A stretch of DNA of 64,000 bases from an uncultured virus (IMG/VR IMGVR_UViG_3300032219_000873). Its lineage: Duplodnaviria; Heunggongvirae; Uroviricota; Caudoviricetes. Below are positions 47,711-57,174 of this stretch, piece by piece (position 1 is the first letter of the stretch; each line of letters begins with the position of its first letter). The notes below the pieces were generated by a model. That model was not told the origin of the DNA. It saw nothing but the letters and a program-made list of their open reading frames with translations, and searched no databases. The stretch is from the IMG/VR virus record IMGVR_UViG_3300032219_000873. One strand, given 5' to 3'. Position numbers and translations under genes: made by a program.

Positions 47711-49004
47711 AAGAATTGCTAAAGATGTTAAAGGCACCGTTTATAAGGTGTCGTTTCCAACGTTGCCTAATAGGACTATTCAACCTTCGTTAGTTGACCT
47801 GTACCAAAAAGCAGGTCAGCACGACATCTTGATTATGGAGTTTGAAATTAGCGTCCCTTCTTGGATTGCAACTTTAAAAACAGGTGTTCCTGTCAAGTTT
47901 GAGTGGTCGCAGGGCAAGCGGACTAACGTGTGGTATGGATACGTCACGGTTGTAGACAGCGAGAAATCTCCTCAAAAATATCAACCAATGAGAATTCAGT
48001 GTGTTGGCTCATCATACGTGCTAAAGCAGTCTGCTTCTCGTATTTTTAAAAACAAAACCATTCGTGAAGTTGCAGCCATAATTGCTGCTGAAAATGGGCT
48101 GTCTTTTATTGGTGACAAAGTCCCTAATTTAATTAGGTATCCTCAACTCACTATTACTGGAGAAAGTTACTGGGAATGGCTACAAGCGCACGCAAATGAA
48201 ATTGGATGTGTAGCTTTTGTATCAGGTACACGACTTTATTTCCGCCGAGCACAAGAGGTTCTAGACGTAGGGAGTAGTGACATTCCTGTATTACAAATGT
48301 GGGACACTGACATTCCTCTTACGGACGTTGGTTACGACCGCACTCTTATCGGCTTTAAAGTAATGAGCGGTGAGTATGTCGAAAGAAGCGCGAACACTAG
48401 AGCTGCTAAAATCTCTTCAGGAGTTAACCCTCAAACTGGTAAAGAGTTTGTAGCCAAGACAACGCAGAAAGACGTAGGAAAAGGTCTTCGTAAGACTGTA
48501 AGTGATGTACTGTTTGAAGACCCCTTAACTACTTCCGTAGCAAACTCTCGTGACATGGCAAAATCAAAGACAGCGGGTGCCGCACTACTCTCACAGTTTT
48601 CGCTGCCTGCTAAAGCTATTGCTCAAGGTGACCCTCGTATGCAGCCGTTTTACCCCGTATACGTTGAAGGCACTAACCAACTAGGTGACGGCTATTGGAT
48701 GATTTTTGAAGTAGTGCACAAGTTTGTCATTACTGGCGAATACAAAGCACAACTACTTCTACTTACTGATGGTTCAGGGCCTAACTTAACAACCCTTTAT
48801 AGAACAGCCACTCCAAGCTTTGCTGGAACGGTAAACTTAAAAAAGGCTATTGTAGACAACACACCGAGAGCAGGCGCAGCGTTAAAGGGAGCGAGCGCTC
48901 TTAAGTCAAACACCAGAATTATTAAACAAGGAAATCAAGGATTCCTAAGAACTCCGACTCGTTGGAAAGCGACCGCAAAGAGTAAGTCAGAAGGTAGACG
49001 ATGA
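47703..49004 (+). CDS. Baseplate hub (gpD/gp27-like)
   Basis: ESYWEWL, GDPRMQP, GYWMI..VVH; position. Confidence 0.75.
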   Translation: MSRRIAKDVKGTVYKVSFPTLPNRTIQPSLVDLYQKAGQHDILIMEFEISVPSWIATLKTGVPVKFEWSQGKRTNVWYGYVTVVDSEKSPQKYQPMRIQCVGSSYVLKQSASRIFKNKTIREVAAIIAAENGLSFIGDKVPNLIRYPQLTITGESYWEWLQAHANEIGCVAFVSGTRLYFRRAQEVLDVGSSDIPVLQMWDTDIPLTDVGYDRTLIGFKVMSGEYVERSANTRAAKISSGVNPQTGKEFVAKTTQKDVGKGLRKTVSDVLFEDPLTTSVANSRDMAKSKTAGAALLSQFSLPAKAIAQGDPRMQPFYPVYVEGTNQLGDGYWMIFEVVHKFVITGEYKAQLLLLTDGSGPNLTTLYRTATPSFAGTVNLKKAIVDNTPRAGAALKGASALKSNTRIIKQGNQGFLRTPTRWKATAKSKSEGRR

Positions 49005-49426
49005 TAGTAAACCCAAACGCACCAAAACCTGTTGCAGTGTCTCTTCCTTTTAGTTTTGACGCTTTTGGAAGCATAGCCGTAACCACTTCTCAGGAAAAAA
49101 TTTGGGGAGACCGAGTCCGCTTAGCTGTAGGAACAGCTCTTGGTGAAAGAGTTTTTCGTCCTGACTATGGGACAGGTATTCCTCAATCGTTATTTGACTC
49201 CCCAGATGTTGTCAAGGAAGTAATTGAGCAAGACATTTCGTCGGTATTTGGACAGTTCTTGCCTGCTTTAAGTTTTTCTGAAGTGATTATTGACTACGAC
49301 TCAACGCAAAACATTCTTGCTGTAGAAGTTCTTTACAGTCTTCCTGGTGAAGACGAGCTTGAGACCGTAACTATCGGTGTCGCCACCCTTTCTGGAAACA
49401 ACCCAATAACTGAGGACATAGCATGA
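49001..49426 (+). CDS. Baseplate wedge, gp25/GpW family
   Basis: T.LGERVFRPDYGT. Confidence 0.9.
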   Translation: MIVNPNAPKPVAVSLPFSFDAFGSIAVTTSQEKIWGDRVRLAVGTALGERVFRPDYGTGIPQSLFDSPDVVKEVIEQDISSVFGQFLPALSFSEVIIDYDSTQNILAVEVLYSLPGEDELETVTIGVATLSGNNPITEDIA

Positions 49427-51282
49427 CAACTCCTGCAAGCACAATTCCAGTATCTGTTGACTACACCAGCAGAGACTACTACTCCCTAAGAGCTGCTCTA
49501 ATTGAACGAGTTCAAGCTCGTCTGGAGTCTGTTGAAGCCTCCAGTCGTTGGCGTGGAGACGACCCTTCTGACTTCGGTGTCGCTCTTATTGAGGCGTTTG
49601 CTTACATGGGCGACCTAATGAGCTACTACATTGACCGTGCAGCTAACGAATCCTTTATCTCTACAGCTACCCAGCGTCAAAACGTAATTAACATTGCTAG
49701 GTCTTACGGCTACACTCCTGCAGGGTTTCAAACCGCGCTTACTAACTTGACCATAACTAACACCAGTGGTGCCAGCATTACTATTCCAGCAGGAACTCAG
49801 GTAGCAGGGGACGTTCTTGTTGCTGACTCTCAGGTAGAAATTATTTTCAGCATTGTTGCTGACGTCACTATTGCTGCTGGAGCTACCGTTCAGAACATCT
49901 TAGCTAGCCATGGCGAGCAGATTAGTTTGCGTTCAGAATACCTTGTTGACGGTGGAGAAATTGTTGGGGTATCAAGCGGTACTCCTAGTCAAAAGTTTGA
50001 GCTAGCTGAGACCACTGTTGTAGAAGACTCTATTCAAGTATTTATTGAGGTTGGAAATGACTGGATTGAATGGGATAGGGTATCTCACCTATCTGACTAC
50101 AGTTCAACAGACTCAATCTTTGAGGTTGTAATTGACGCGGATAACGTGCACTCTATTCAATTTGGAGATGGTATCTCTGGGCTTATTCCAGCGCCTAACG
50201 CTCGTATTAAAGCTGATTACGTAGTTGGTGGGGGTGTTCTAGGAAACATTACTAGCAACATCTTGACTTCTATCAAGACTGTTCCAGGGCTAACTCAACC
50301 TGAAATTGCTGCTCTTGCGGCTAAAGTGACTATTACTAACGCAGTTGCGACAGGTGGAAATGACCCAGAGTCAACTGAGTCAATTAGATTGCTTGCTCCA
50401 AAGTCACTGACTGCTTTGAACCGAGCAGTCAGCCTCGTAGACTACGAAAACCTCACTCTCGGAGTGTCTTCAGTGGGCAAGGCCAAGGCAGTGGCAAGTA
50501 GCCGTACATCTGTCACAATTTATGTGTCTCCATTGAGCAGTGATACGTCAACCGACACCTACCCAGGACTTACGTCAGGATTGGTTCCAAAAGCTGAGTG
50601 GTATGCTCTTCGTGACAGAGTCCAGGAGTTCTTAGAAAACCGTACTCAACTAGGGGTCACCGTAACTATTGCCCCTCCGACTTATGTCCCTGTAAATACG
50701 GTGCTAGAGTACACAAAGCTTGCGGGGTACTCACAAGCGCAAGTTGAGTCCCAGATTAAGTCTTCGATTCTTTCTATCTTCTCTTACAACAACATCAGCT
50801 TTGGAGATGTAATTCGTCCTGAAGAAGTTGAATTCCAACTACGTCAGCTCCCGTTAGTTGACTCGGTAAAGGTGATTGCGCTGCACCGCGCATCTGACGC
50901 CGAAGCTAGGAACATTTTGATTGCTGAGCCAAACGAAATCTTTGTGTTCAGTGACACTTCAGGTTCTTTGAACTCTGTGGAGGTTTCAGAGGCGTCTAAC
51001 GTGTCAACTGCAAGTGCACTAACTCTTAGTGTTGGTACCCTGTCCCCATCATTTAACTCTAGCATTAGGAACTACACTGCTACTGTTCCTAACGGAACTA
51101 CTGCTACTACGGTCAGCATTACCAGAAGCAACGCTGGTGCAACGGTGTACATTAATGGGTCGACTGGTGCATCAAAGTCAATCACTACTGCAGTCGGAAC
51201 TACTGTAGTGAGCATAGTTGTGTTTGCTGCCAACGCTGTCGACAGCACCTCTTACACAGTAACTATCACTAGGGCTTCTTAA
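49423..51282 (+). CDS. Baseplate J/gp6-like wedge with C-terminal cadherin-like beta-sandwich
   Basis: DYTSRDY, SDFGVALIE, FGDG, GGNDPES, RAVS..DY; LSPSFNS..RNYTA. Confidence 0.9.
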   Translation: MTTPASTIPVSVDYTSRDYYSLRAALIERVQARLESVEASSRWRGDDPSDFGVALIEAFAYMGDLMSYYIDRAANESFISTATQRQNVINIARSYGYTPAGFQTALTNLTITNTSGASITIPAGTQVAGDVLVADSQVEIIFSIVADVTIAAGATVQNILASHGEQISLRSEYLVDGGEIVGVSSGTPSQKFELAETTVVEDSIQVFIEVGNDWIEWDRVSHLSDYSSTDSIFEVVIDADNVHSIQFGDGISGLIPAPNARIKADYVVGGGVLGNITSNILTSIKTVPGLTQPEIAALAAKVTITNAVATGGNDPESTESIRLLAPKSLTALNRAVSLVDYENLTLGVSSVGKAKAVASSRTSVTIYVSPLSSDTSTDTYPGLTSGLVPKAEWYALRDRVQEFLENRTQLGVTVTIAPPTYVPVNTVLEYTKLAGYSQAQVESQIKSSILSIFSYNNISFGDVIRPEEVEFQLRQLPLVDSVKVIALHRASDAEARNILIAEPNEIFVFSDTSGSLNSVEVSEASNVSTASALTLSVGTLSPSFNSSIRNYTATVPNGTTATTVSITRSNAGATVYINGSTGASKSITTAVGTTVVSIVVFAANAVDSTSYTVTITRAS

Positions 51283-51737
51283 TGGAGCAGAACTTTGGCG
51301 GTGTTTATTTAGGGCTAGTTCACGATAACAAGGACCCCCTAAATAATCGCCGTTTAAAAATTCGTGTACCCCAGCTTTTTGGGGATAGCAACACTGACTG
51401 GGCACCAGCTATGTTAAACAACACCACAGACTACGAAGTTCCAAACGTAAATCAAACAGTCTGGGTGATGTTTCAAGGTGGTAAGCCTTCATTCCCTGTG
51501 TGGTCTGCGGTGCATGCTGTTCCTGGACAAGCATCAAAAAAAGTAGTTATTAAAACACCTACTACTGTTCAATTAGCTGAAGAGTTCATTGTAAGTAGTA
51601 CAGCTACTAATAGAACAGAGCTAGACCTAGTAGCCACGCTAGTAGCGATGTCTCAAGAAATTGAAGACCTCGTAACACGAGTGACGAGCCTTGAGGCTCG
51701 CATGACTGCAGAGGAAAACAAACCAGACCTGACTTAG
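51282..51737 (+). CDS. Baseplate spike gpV/gp5 OB-fold protein
   Basis: DNKDP..RRLKIRVPQL...WA...VWVMFQGG.PSFPVW. Confidence 0.85.
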   Translation: MEQNFGGVYLGLVHDNKDPLNNRRLKIRVPQLFGDSNTDWAPAMLNNTTDYEVPNVNQTVWVMFQGGKPSFPVWSAVHAVPGQASKKVVIKTPTTVQLAEEFIVSSTATNRTELDLVATLVAMSQEIEDLVTRVTSLEARMTAEENKPDLT

Positions 51738-51794
51738 TTCAGGCGGTTTATTGGCGGGAAACCTTAGAAAATAGAGTAGAACTTAGGAGACCTT

Positions 51795-52229
51795 ATGGCC
51801 GCTCAATATCCTGGTCAGATTACCACTCAGCTTGTCAACAAAGTTGACCTCACTGACATCGTTTACGCACGTGACGTAAACGACGCGTATGACGAAATCA
51901 AGGCAATTCAAAGCACTATTGGAGTGACGCCTACCGTTCCAGGAGGCTGGGGAACTGGCGCTTTTGCTACTCCTGAAAGCTTTGCTACTGTGGCAGCGCG
52001 TATTAAGAATCTTGAAAACCTTGGGGTTTCTCTAAACAACACGGCTGTCCGTAATACTGGTGGCAGCACCATTACTGCAAGCGGCGTTGCTGTTGTTCCT
52101 CTTGTTCTAAAGGGAGCAGCTAGCCAGACTGGAAACTTGCTAGAAGTGCAGAGCTCTTCTGGAACCATTCTGGGCCGTTTCACTTCTGCTGGAACCTTAG
52201 TCGCAGCGATTGATGGTGGCACTGCTTAA
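51795..52229 (+). CDS. Structural protein (fibre-associated)
   Basis: AGGAG RBS; DVNDAYDEIKAIQ. Confidence 0.7.
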   Translation: MAAQYPGQITTQLVNKVDLTDIVYARDVNDAYDEIKAIQSTIGVTPTVPGGWGTGAFATPESFATVAARIKNLENLGVSLNNTAVRNTGGSTITASGVAVVPLVLKGAASQTGNLLEVQSSSGTILGRFTSAGTLVAAIDGGTA

Positions 52230-54457
52230 TGGCTATTTACGGTAACGTAATTTATGGCGCTGGTGCACAATATGGTCAAGCGTCCAACTTACCTTACTCT
52301 GTTGAACCACTGACTGCTAAAGCACTTTGGTATGACACTGTCCTACTTAACTGGGTTCCTTCTCAGAGCCCCTACTCTGCGTTTCGACTACTGCGTAACC
52401 AGACCCACTTACCAGAGACTCCTGAAGATGGCCTTCGCCTTGTTGATTGGACTTTCAACAACCCAAACTCGGAAGAGCTAAAGGGGCAGAACCAGTACGT
52501 AGACAACACCCAGTTAGTATCAGGAAAGTACGCTTACTATAGGGTGTGGCTTCTAAACGCTGATGATTCATGGGTAGTTGCAGGAGAAGCAGCGGTTCTT
52601 GTACCAAAGCAATTTGGAACAACTGCAATCGGAGACAAGACTTCTCACAAGAAACTTATGGAGCTACTTCCACGAGTTATTACAGGTACTGGTCGTTCTC
52701 CATTTGACCCTGTGGATTACGACTCTGACCTCTCAAAGTTTTTAGAGTCGTTCTCGTTTACTTATGACGAGCTGCTGACTTACATTGAGCTCCTTCATCC
52801 TGAAACATACGGTGACTACGGAAGCGCAACCTCATTAGTGCTAAAAAGTCTTGAGCTAGGTGTTACTCCAGAGCTTCAGACCATTACGCAAACTCACATC
52901 AAGTCTGTTCGTGAAGCTGTATACGCATATCAACGAAAAGGGACTCTGCTTGGCTTAGGTGCATTTGTTGAAGCAGTTTCAGGTTTTGAGCCAGAGATTA
53001 CTACCTCGCCAAACATTTTACTGTCAATTGAAGACAGCTCTTTTTACAAAGGCACTGGCTCGTGGCAACCCCTAAACGGAGTGACTTTAACTTCTGATAG
53101 CTCTGGCATTTACTCTGAAGAGCCTGCTTCTTGCGACACTACATACGTTGGAAAAGCTGTAGTAGGAACTGCTGGCGCTTCAATCATTAATGGTCAGACT
53201 GACCCTATTAAGTTGGGTGCCCCAGTAACTAACGGCACTAAGTACTTGTTTAGCTTTAAAGCTGCAACTGTGTCAGGCACGATGTCTATTACACCAAAGA
53301 TTCACTGGTTTAACTATCTTGGTGACAAAATTGCCACTTCTACGGGAACAGCGTACACCGCCACAACTTCTTGGGGAACTGGAAGTATGCAGGCGTTTGC
53401 TCCTGGATATAGCAAGACTATTACGGCATATCAAGCTACTAGCTCAGTTACCACCATTACTTTTAAAGAGGTTCACCCATTTGTTATTGGGAATTCTATT
53501 CTTATTTTTAATAATGCAGATGGTCTAAACGGTACCTACACGGTTACTGCTGTAACCAGCACCACTCTCTCGTTTGCAAGAAGCGGAACTGCAACTTCTA
53601 GCGAGCTGATTACCTCTGGTACAGCTCAACTTAGCACTTGGAGCTATGCCGAGTCTGCAACTTACGCTGCTATAGAACTTGTCTTTGGAAGTACTGGAAC
53701 GGTGTACGTTGACGTTTTGCAACTTACTACTGACCTCAGCGGTAACTACCGAGACGCACGTTGCATCTGGCTGACCTTGAAGCCCTCCAAGATTAACTGG
53801 GTAAAGAACCCTTCGTTTTTTCCATCAGGCACAGCTTGGAGTGTTACTGCTACAAGTAGCACTCAAGTGACCTCTAGTTTAGTTGGAGTAAACGCAGGAC
53901 TCAATGCACTTCGTGTCACCCCTCTTACCTCAGGCACAACTGTTTTGAGTACAAAGACTTCAGGCGGCATTCCAAACCTAGGAAATTTTTACACCTTCTC
54001 TATCTACGCAAAGCTAGCTAGCGGCACCAAAGCGGCTACCTTGGTACTAAACGCCCTCAACAGCTCAACTGACGCCGTAGTAGAAACTGCCAGTGCTAAC
54101 GTCACGTTGACTAACAACTGGGCTCGTTACTCAGTCTCTTTATTCGTTCCAATCACCTCAGTCGACATTAAGCTAGAGGGTCGTGTGCAGATTGTTAACG
54201 GCACAGCCACGATTGACTTTGACGCTGCTCAGATTGAGCAGTCATTTGGTCCAACTGATTACTTCGACGGTTCCCTACCAGGGACGTCAGGCGCGGGTTG
54301 GTACGGCACTGCTCATCAGTCAGAGTCCTACATCTACCCTGTCAAGAGCGCTCGTATCTCAAGGCTGTTGAACGAGATTGAAAAATACTTACCCGTTACA
54401 ACTTCTTACAAAGTATTTACTTTGAGTGGCTTAGAGAAAGCCAAGATTACATACTAA
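52229..54457 (+). CDS. Baseplate wedge/tail protein I-like with carbohydrate-binding-like domains
   Basis: YQRKGTLLGL; NW.KNPSF, TFSIYAK, DAAQIEQ, YFDGS. Confidence 0.7.
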   Translation: MAIYGNVIYGAGAQYGQASNLPYSVEPLTAKALWYDTVLLNWVPSQSPYSAFRLLRNQTHLPETPEDGLRLVDWTFNNPNSEELKGQNQYVDNTQLVSGKYAYYRVWLLNADDSWVVAGEAAVLVPKQFGTTAIGDKTSHKKLMELLPRVITGTGRSPFDPVDYDSDLSKFLESFSFTYDELLTYIELLHPETYGDYGSATSLVLKSLELGVTPELQTITQTHIKSVREAVYAYQRKGTLLGLGAFVEAVSGFEPEITTSPNILLSIEDSSFYKGTGSWQPLNGVTLTSDSSGIYSEEPASCDTTYVGKAVVGTAGASIINGQTDPIKLGAPVTNGTKYLFSFKAATVSGTMSITPKIHWFNYLGDKIATSTGTAYTATTSWGTGSMQAFAPGYSKTITAYQATSSVTTITFKEVHPFVIGNSILIFNNADGLNGTYTVTAVTSTTLSFARSGTATSSELITSGTAQLSTWSYAESATYAAIELVFGSTGTVYVDVLQLTTDLSGNYRDARCIWLTLKPSKINWVKNPSFFPSGTAWSVTATSSTQVTSSLVGVNAGLNALRVTPLTSGTTVLSTKTSGGIPNLGNFYTFSIYAKLASGTKAATLVLNALNSSTDAVVETASANVTLTNNWARYSVSLFVPITSVDIKLEGRVQIVNGTATIDFDAAQIEQSFGPTDYFDGSLPGTSGAGWYGTAHQSESYIYPVKSARISRLLNEIEKYLPVTTSYKVFTLSGLEKAKITY

Positions 54458-54466
54458 GCTGTCCTT

Positions 54467-54718
54467 ATGGACCTATTAATTTCTGTAATTATCGCTGGGA
54501 TGGTTGCAGGGTACGTAACTGAATTAGTTGCGATGCTGTTTGACCGTCCCTTTCTCCGCCTTCTAACAGGACTAGCCGCATCTGGCGTGTCGTTGTATTT
54601 TATGGGCTACTACGAAGTGCAACTAGCCTTGCTAACTCTGGCATCTTCCTTCTTGACTGCCTCCGTTTTGAAATTACTAAATAAGCCTGTTGTCGTGAAT
54701 GGAAGATTTAGGGGATAG
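54467..54718 (+). CDS. Small membrane protein (3 TM)
   Basis: Hydrophobic; leaderless. Confidence 0.7.
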   Translation: MDLLISVIIAGMVAGYVTELVAMLFDRPFLRLLTGLAASGVSLYFMGYYEVQLALLTLASSFLTASVLKLLNKPVVVNGRFRG

Positions 54719-54729
54719 TATTTTCCTCT

Positions 54730-55719
54730 ATGTGTACGGCTGAGGAAAAATTTTTTACACCACTGTCGGCAAGTGAGTATCGCTTGCTTGACATACTTTG
54801 CACGCTCTCTAAAGACAGCAAAGTCAAGGTGACTGTTGCGGAACTGGCCCGCTATGCCCAGTGTTCTGAGGAGTCAATTCGCCGTGGGCTACGTGGTCTT
54901 GAAGCTGCCACTTTGGTTGAGACTGTGCGCACAAAACGCAACCTAGGAAAGTTCTCTTTCAGCCATTATTCATTGATTTCACCATCCCACAAAAATGTGG
55001 GGTGGACCGAAGAACCATCCCACAAAATTGTGGGGTCAACAGCTGTAACAGGTAATATCAGTATTATTAGTAATGACTTAAAAGTAAATAAGACTACGTC
55101 TTATTTAGTGCCTGACGGCACAAATGAGGAGAAGAGGAGACCATTCATCTTGGTTAATCGTTGGAAAGATGATGATGAAGTTGGTGGCTTTGGCTTGTTT
55201 GAGAACGAGCTAGTAGCAAAGGTCGCAGGACCTACAGCAAGTAAGAGAAACCCAAAGACTAGAAATCAGCGTCCACAGGAAGACTGGACTACGGCAGATG
55301 TAGCCTCAGAGTTTTCTTCTAGGGTCTACAGAACCATCCCTGGAGTTCCCAACCTAGTGAACACCGAGAAGGTCCGCGGAGCTCTATCGAAGATGCGCAA
55401 GGACTACGACAGCAACGCTTTGATTGAACTAGAAGTGATGAAAATCTTTTTTGAAGACCCATGGCTTCAGCGTGAAGGTGTCGACAAGCCTCAGTACATC
55501 GTGGGTAGATTCTTGAAGTCTTTTGCTGCACACTACGACCAAGCTCTTCGTAATCTAGGATTGCCAGAGAGGTCAGCACCAACTACGGAAGAGTTGGATT
55601 CGCTAAATCCGTCAGACTTTGTGTATGCTTCTGATGGGCGTCGCTTCGACAACTCAATGCCAGGGCGTTTGGCAATGAGCCACTACGAAGACAAACTGAG
55701 GAGGAAAAATGCCATATGA
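54730..55719 (+). CDS. Replication initiator with N-terminal winged HTH
   Basis: VAELARYAQCSEESIRRGLRGLE; precedes DnaC-like ATPase; contains iterons. Confidence 0.7.
   Translation: MCTAEEKFFTPLSASEYRLLDILCTLSKDSKVKVTVAELARYAQCSEESIRRGLRGLEAATLVETVRTKRNLGKFSFSHYSLISPSHKNVGWTEEPSHKIVGSTAVTGNISIISNDLKVNKTTSYLVPDGTNEEKRRPFILVNRWKDDDEVGGFGLFENELVAKVAGPTASKRNPKTRNQRPQEDWTTADVASEFSSRVYRTIPGVPNLVNTEKVRGALSKMRKDYDSNALIELEVMKIFFEDPWLQREGVDKPQYIVGRFLKSFAAHYDQALRNLGLPERSAPTTEELDSLNPSDFVYASDGRRFDNSMPGRLAMSHYEDKLRRKNAI
54981..55092. repeat. Putative replication origin: two 23-bp iterons plus AT-rich tract
   Basis: ACCATCCCACAAAAATGTGGGGT (54981-55003) and ACCATCCCACAAAATTGTGGGGT (55014-55036). Confidence 0.7.
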
Positions 55720-56431
55720 CCTAGGGACACTTAGCTTGCTAAAGCGTCGCTGGCTCTTAGCAGAGTCAAACATCCCCCACCGTTTCTTAGGGTTAGACCC
55801 AAAGGATGTGGAGAAGCGCATTGGAAGTTTTGCGCCAGAGATTGAGGATTGGATTGATGACGTAATTACGGGCAAGGTAATCAAAACCATCGGAGGTCTT
55901 GGTAAGACTGGTGTTGGTCTGTTATTTGATGGAGCACCTGGACTGGGTAAGACCACCCACGCTGTAATGGCGTTGACTGAACTAATCCGTGCTTTGCCAG
56001 ACGACGAGCAGAAGTCTCGTGAGATTTTCAAGTACAAGACCGAAGACTACGGAATCAAGACTCGTCCGATTTACTACATGACCGTTCCAGATTTCATCTA
56101 CCGTAAGAAGGCGATGATTGACGCTGAGCCAGAGCAGCGTCGTGAGCTTAACTATGTTCTGGAAGGACTGCACGGCAGGTCAAAGTTTGACCACTTGAAT
56201 GTGCGTGTCTTAGTGCTGGACGACTTGGGCAAAGAGTTATCGTCTGATTACAACGTAGCTGGGTTTGACGAGCTGCTGCGTTCTCGTTACGATAAGGGGC
56301 TACCAACAATCGTGACGACAAACCTGACCCGCGAACAGTGGGGCAGAAAATATGGAGAAGCAATGGGAAGTTTCGTTTACGAAGCTTTCAATCGTGTAAT
56401 AATTGGAACTAAGGACCTGAGGAGGAACTAA
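55709..56431 (+). CDS. DnaC/IstB-like AAA+ helicase loader
   Basis: GAPGLGKT, LVLDDLGKE, RSRYDKGLPTIVTTN. Confidence 0.9.
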   Translation: MPYDLGTLSLLKRRWLLAESNIPHRFLGLDPKDVEKRIGSFAPEIEDWIDDVITGKVIKTIGGLGKTGVGLLFDGAPGLGKTTHAVMALTELIRALPDDEQKSREIFKYKTEDYGIKTRPIYYMTVPDFIYRKKAMIDAEPEQRRELNYVLEGLHGRSKFDHLNVRVLVLDDLGKELSSDYNVAGFDELLRSRYDKGLPTIVTTNLTREQWGRKYGEAMGSFVYEAFNRVIIGTKDLRRN

Positions 56432-56736
56432 TGAAAGATGCAACTATGCTGAGTGACTGGAGAACTGTCCAGCTGTTTCTAAGCGAAGAAGGTATCGCAG
56501 AAGTTGAGGTTGACTCGCTTCGCCCGTACCAAGCTCGCTGCAATTGCAAGGCTGGCAGCGCTAAGGGCAAGTGCGCTCATATCAAGCGTGTGAGAGAAGT
56601 CATGGATGCCAACAACGGTCATTACACCGTGCACATTCCTGTAGAGATTGAGGAAGAAGAAGCAGACGCTGCAATGGCGAGCGCCGAGTCTTTCCGAGAG
56701 TTCATCATCAAGTACGCAAAAGTAGAAGTTCTTTAA
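56431..56736 (+). CDS. SWIM zinc-finger protein
   Basis: CNC.......CAH. Confidence 0.75.
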   Translation: MKDATMLSDWRTVQLFLSEEGIAEVEVDSLRPYQARCNCKAGSAKGKCAHIKRVREVMDANNGHYTVHIPVEIEEEEADAAMASAESFREFIIKYAKVEVL

Positions 56737-57155
56737 TGATTAATGGGGACATCTCTAACGAGACTCCTCCACGTATCATTGTCACTATTGATGTCGTGGT
56801 TCAGTCCGACATTAACACGACCAAGAACGTCTTTGGTAAGCCCAAGACTTCTCGCACTGTTACAGGTCTGAACAACGCACAACTCTCTAAGCTGTGGAAC
56901 GCAGCGTTTAACTACGGACTAGCAATTGAGCTGGCAGCTTTTTCAGCTGACGGCTGGGTGCAAGCAGACGTAGACAAACTGATGACACGTTTAGACAACC
57001 GTGGCGGTAACCCGTTCAACTATGCTGAGCTGTACGACAGCTTTCAAGACTTAGTGAGCGAGTTACCTTACCGACCAAACTTAAAAGCTGTGATAGATTT
57101 ATCAAACCAAGTTGCAAGGTATGGGTCTTGGGGCTTAGACCTAAATAACCTGTAA
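56736..57155 (+). CDS. Hypothetical replication-module protein
   Basis: TAATG coupling, 139 aa. Confidence 0.75.
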   Translation: MINGDISNETPPRIIVTIDVVVQSDINTTKNVFGKPKTSRTVTGLNNAQLSKLWNAAFNYGLAIELAAFSADGWVQADVDKLMTRLDNRGGNPFNYAELYDSFQDLVSELPYRPNLKAVIDLSNQVARYGSWGLDLNNL

Positions 57156-57174
57156 CATTTCCTGCGGAGGGCAG

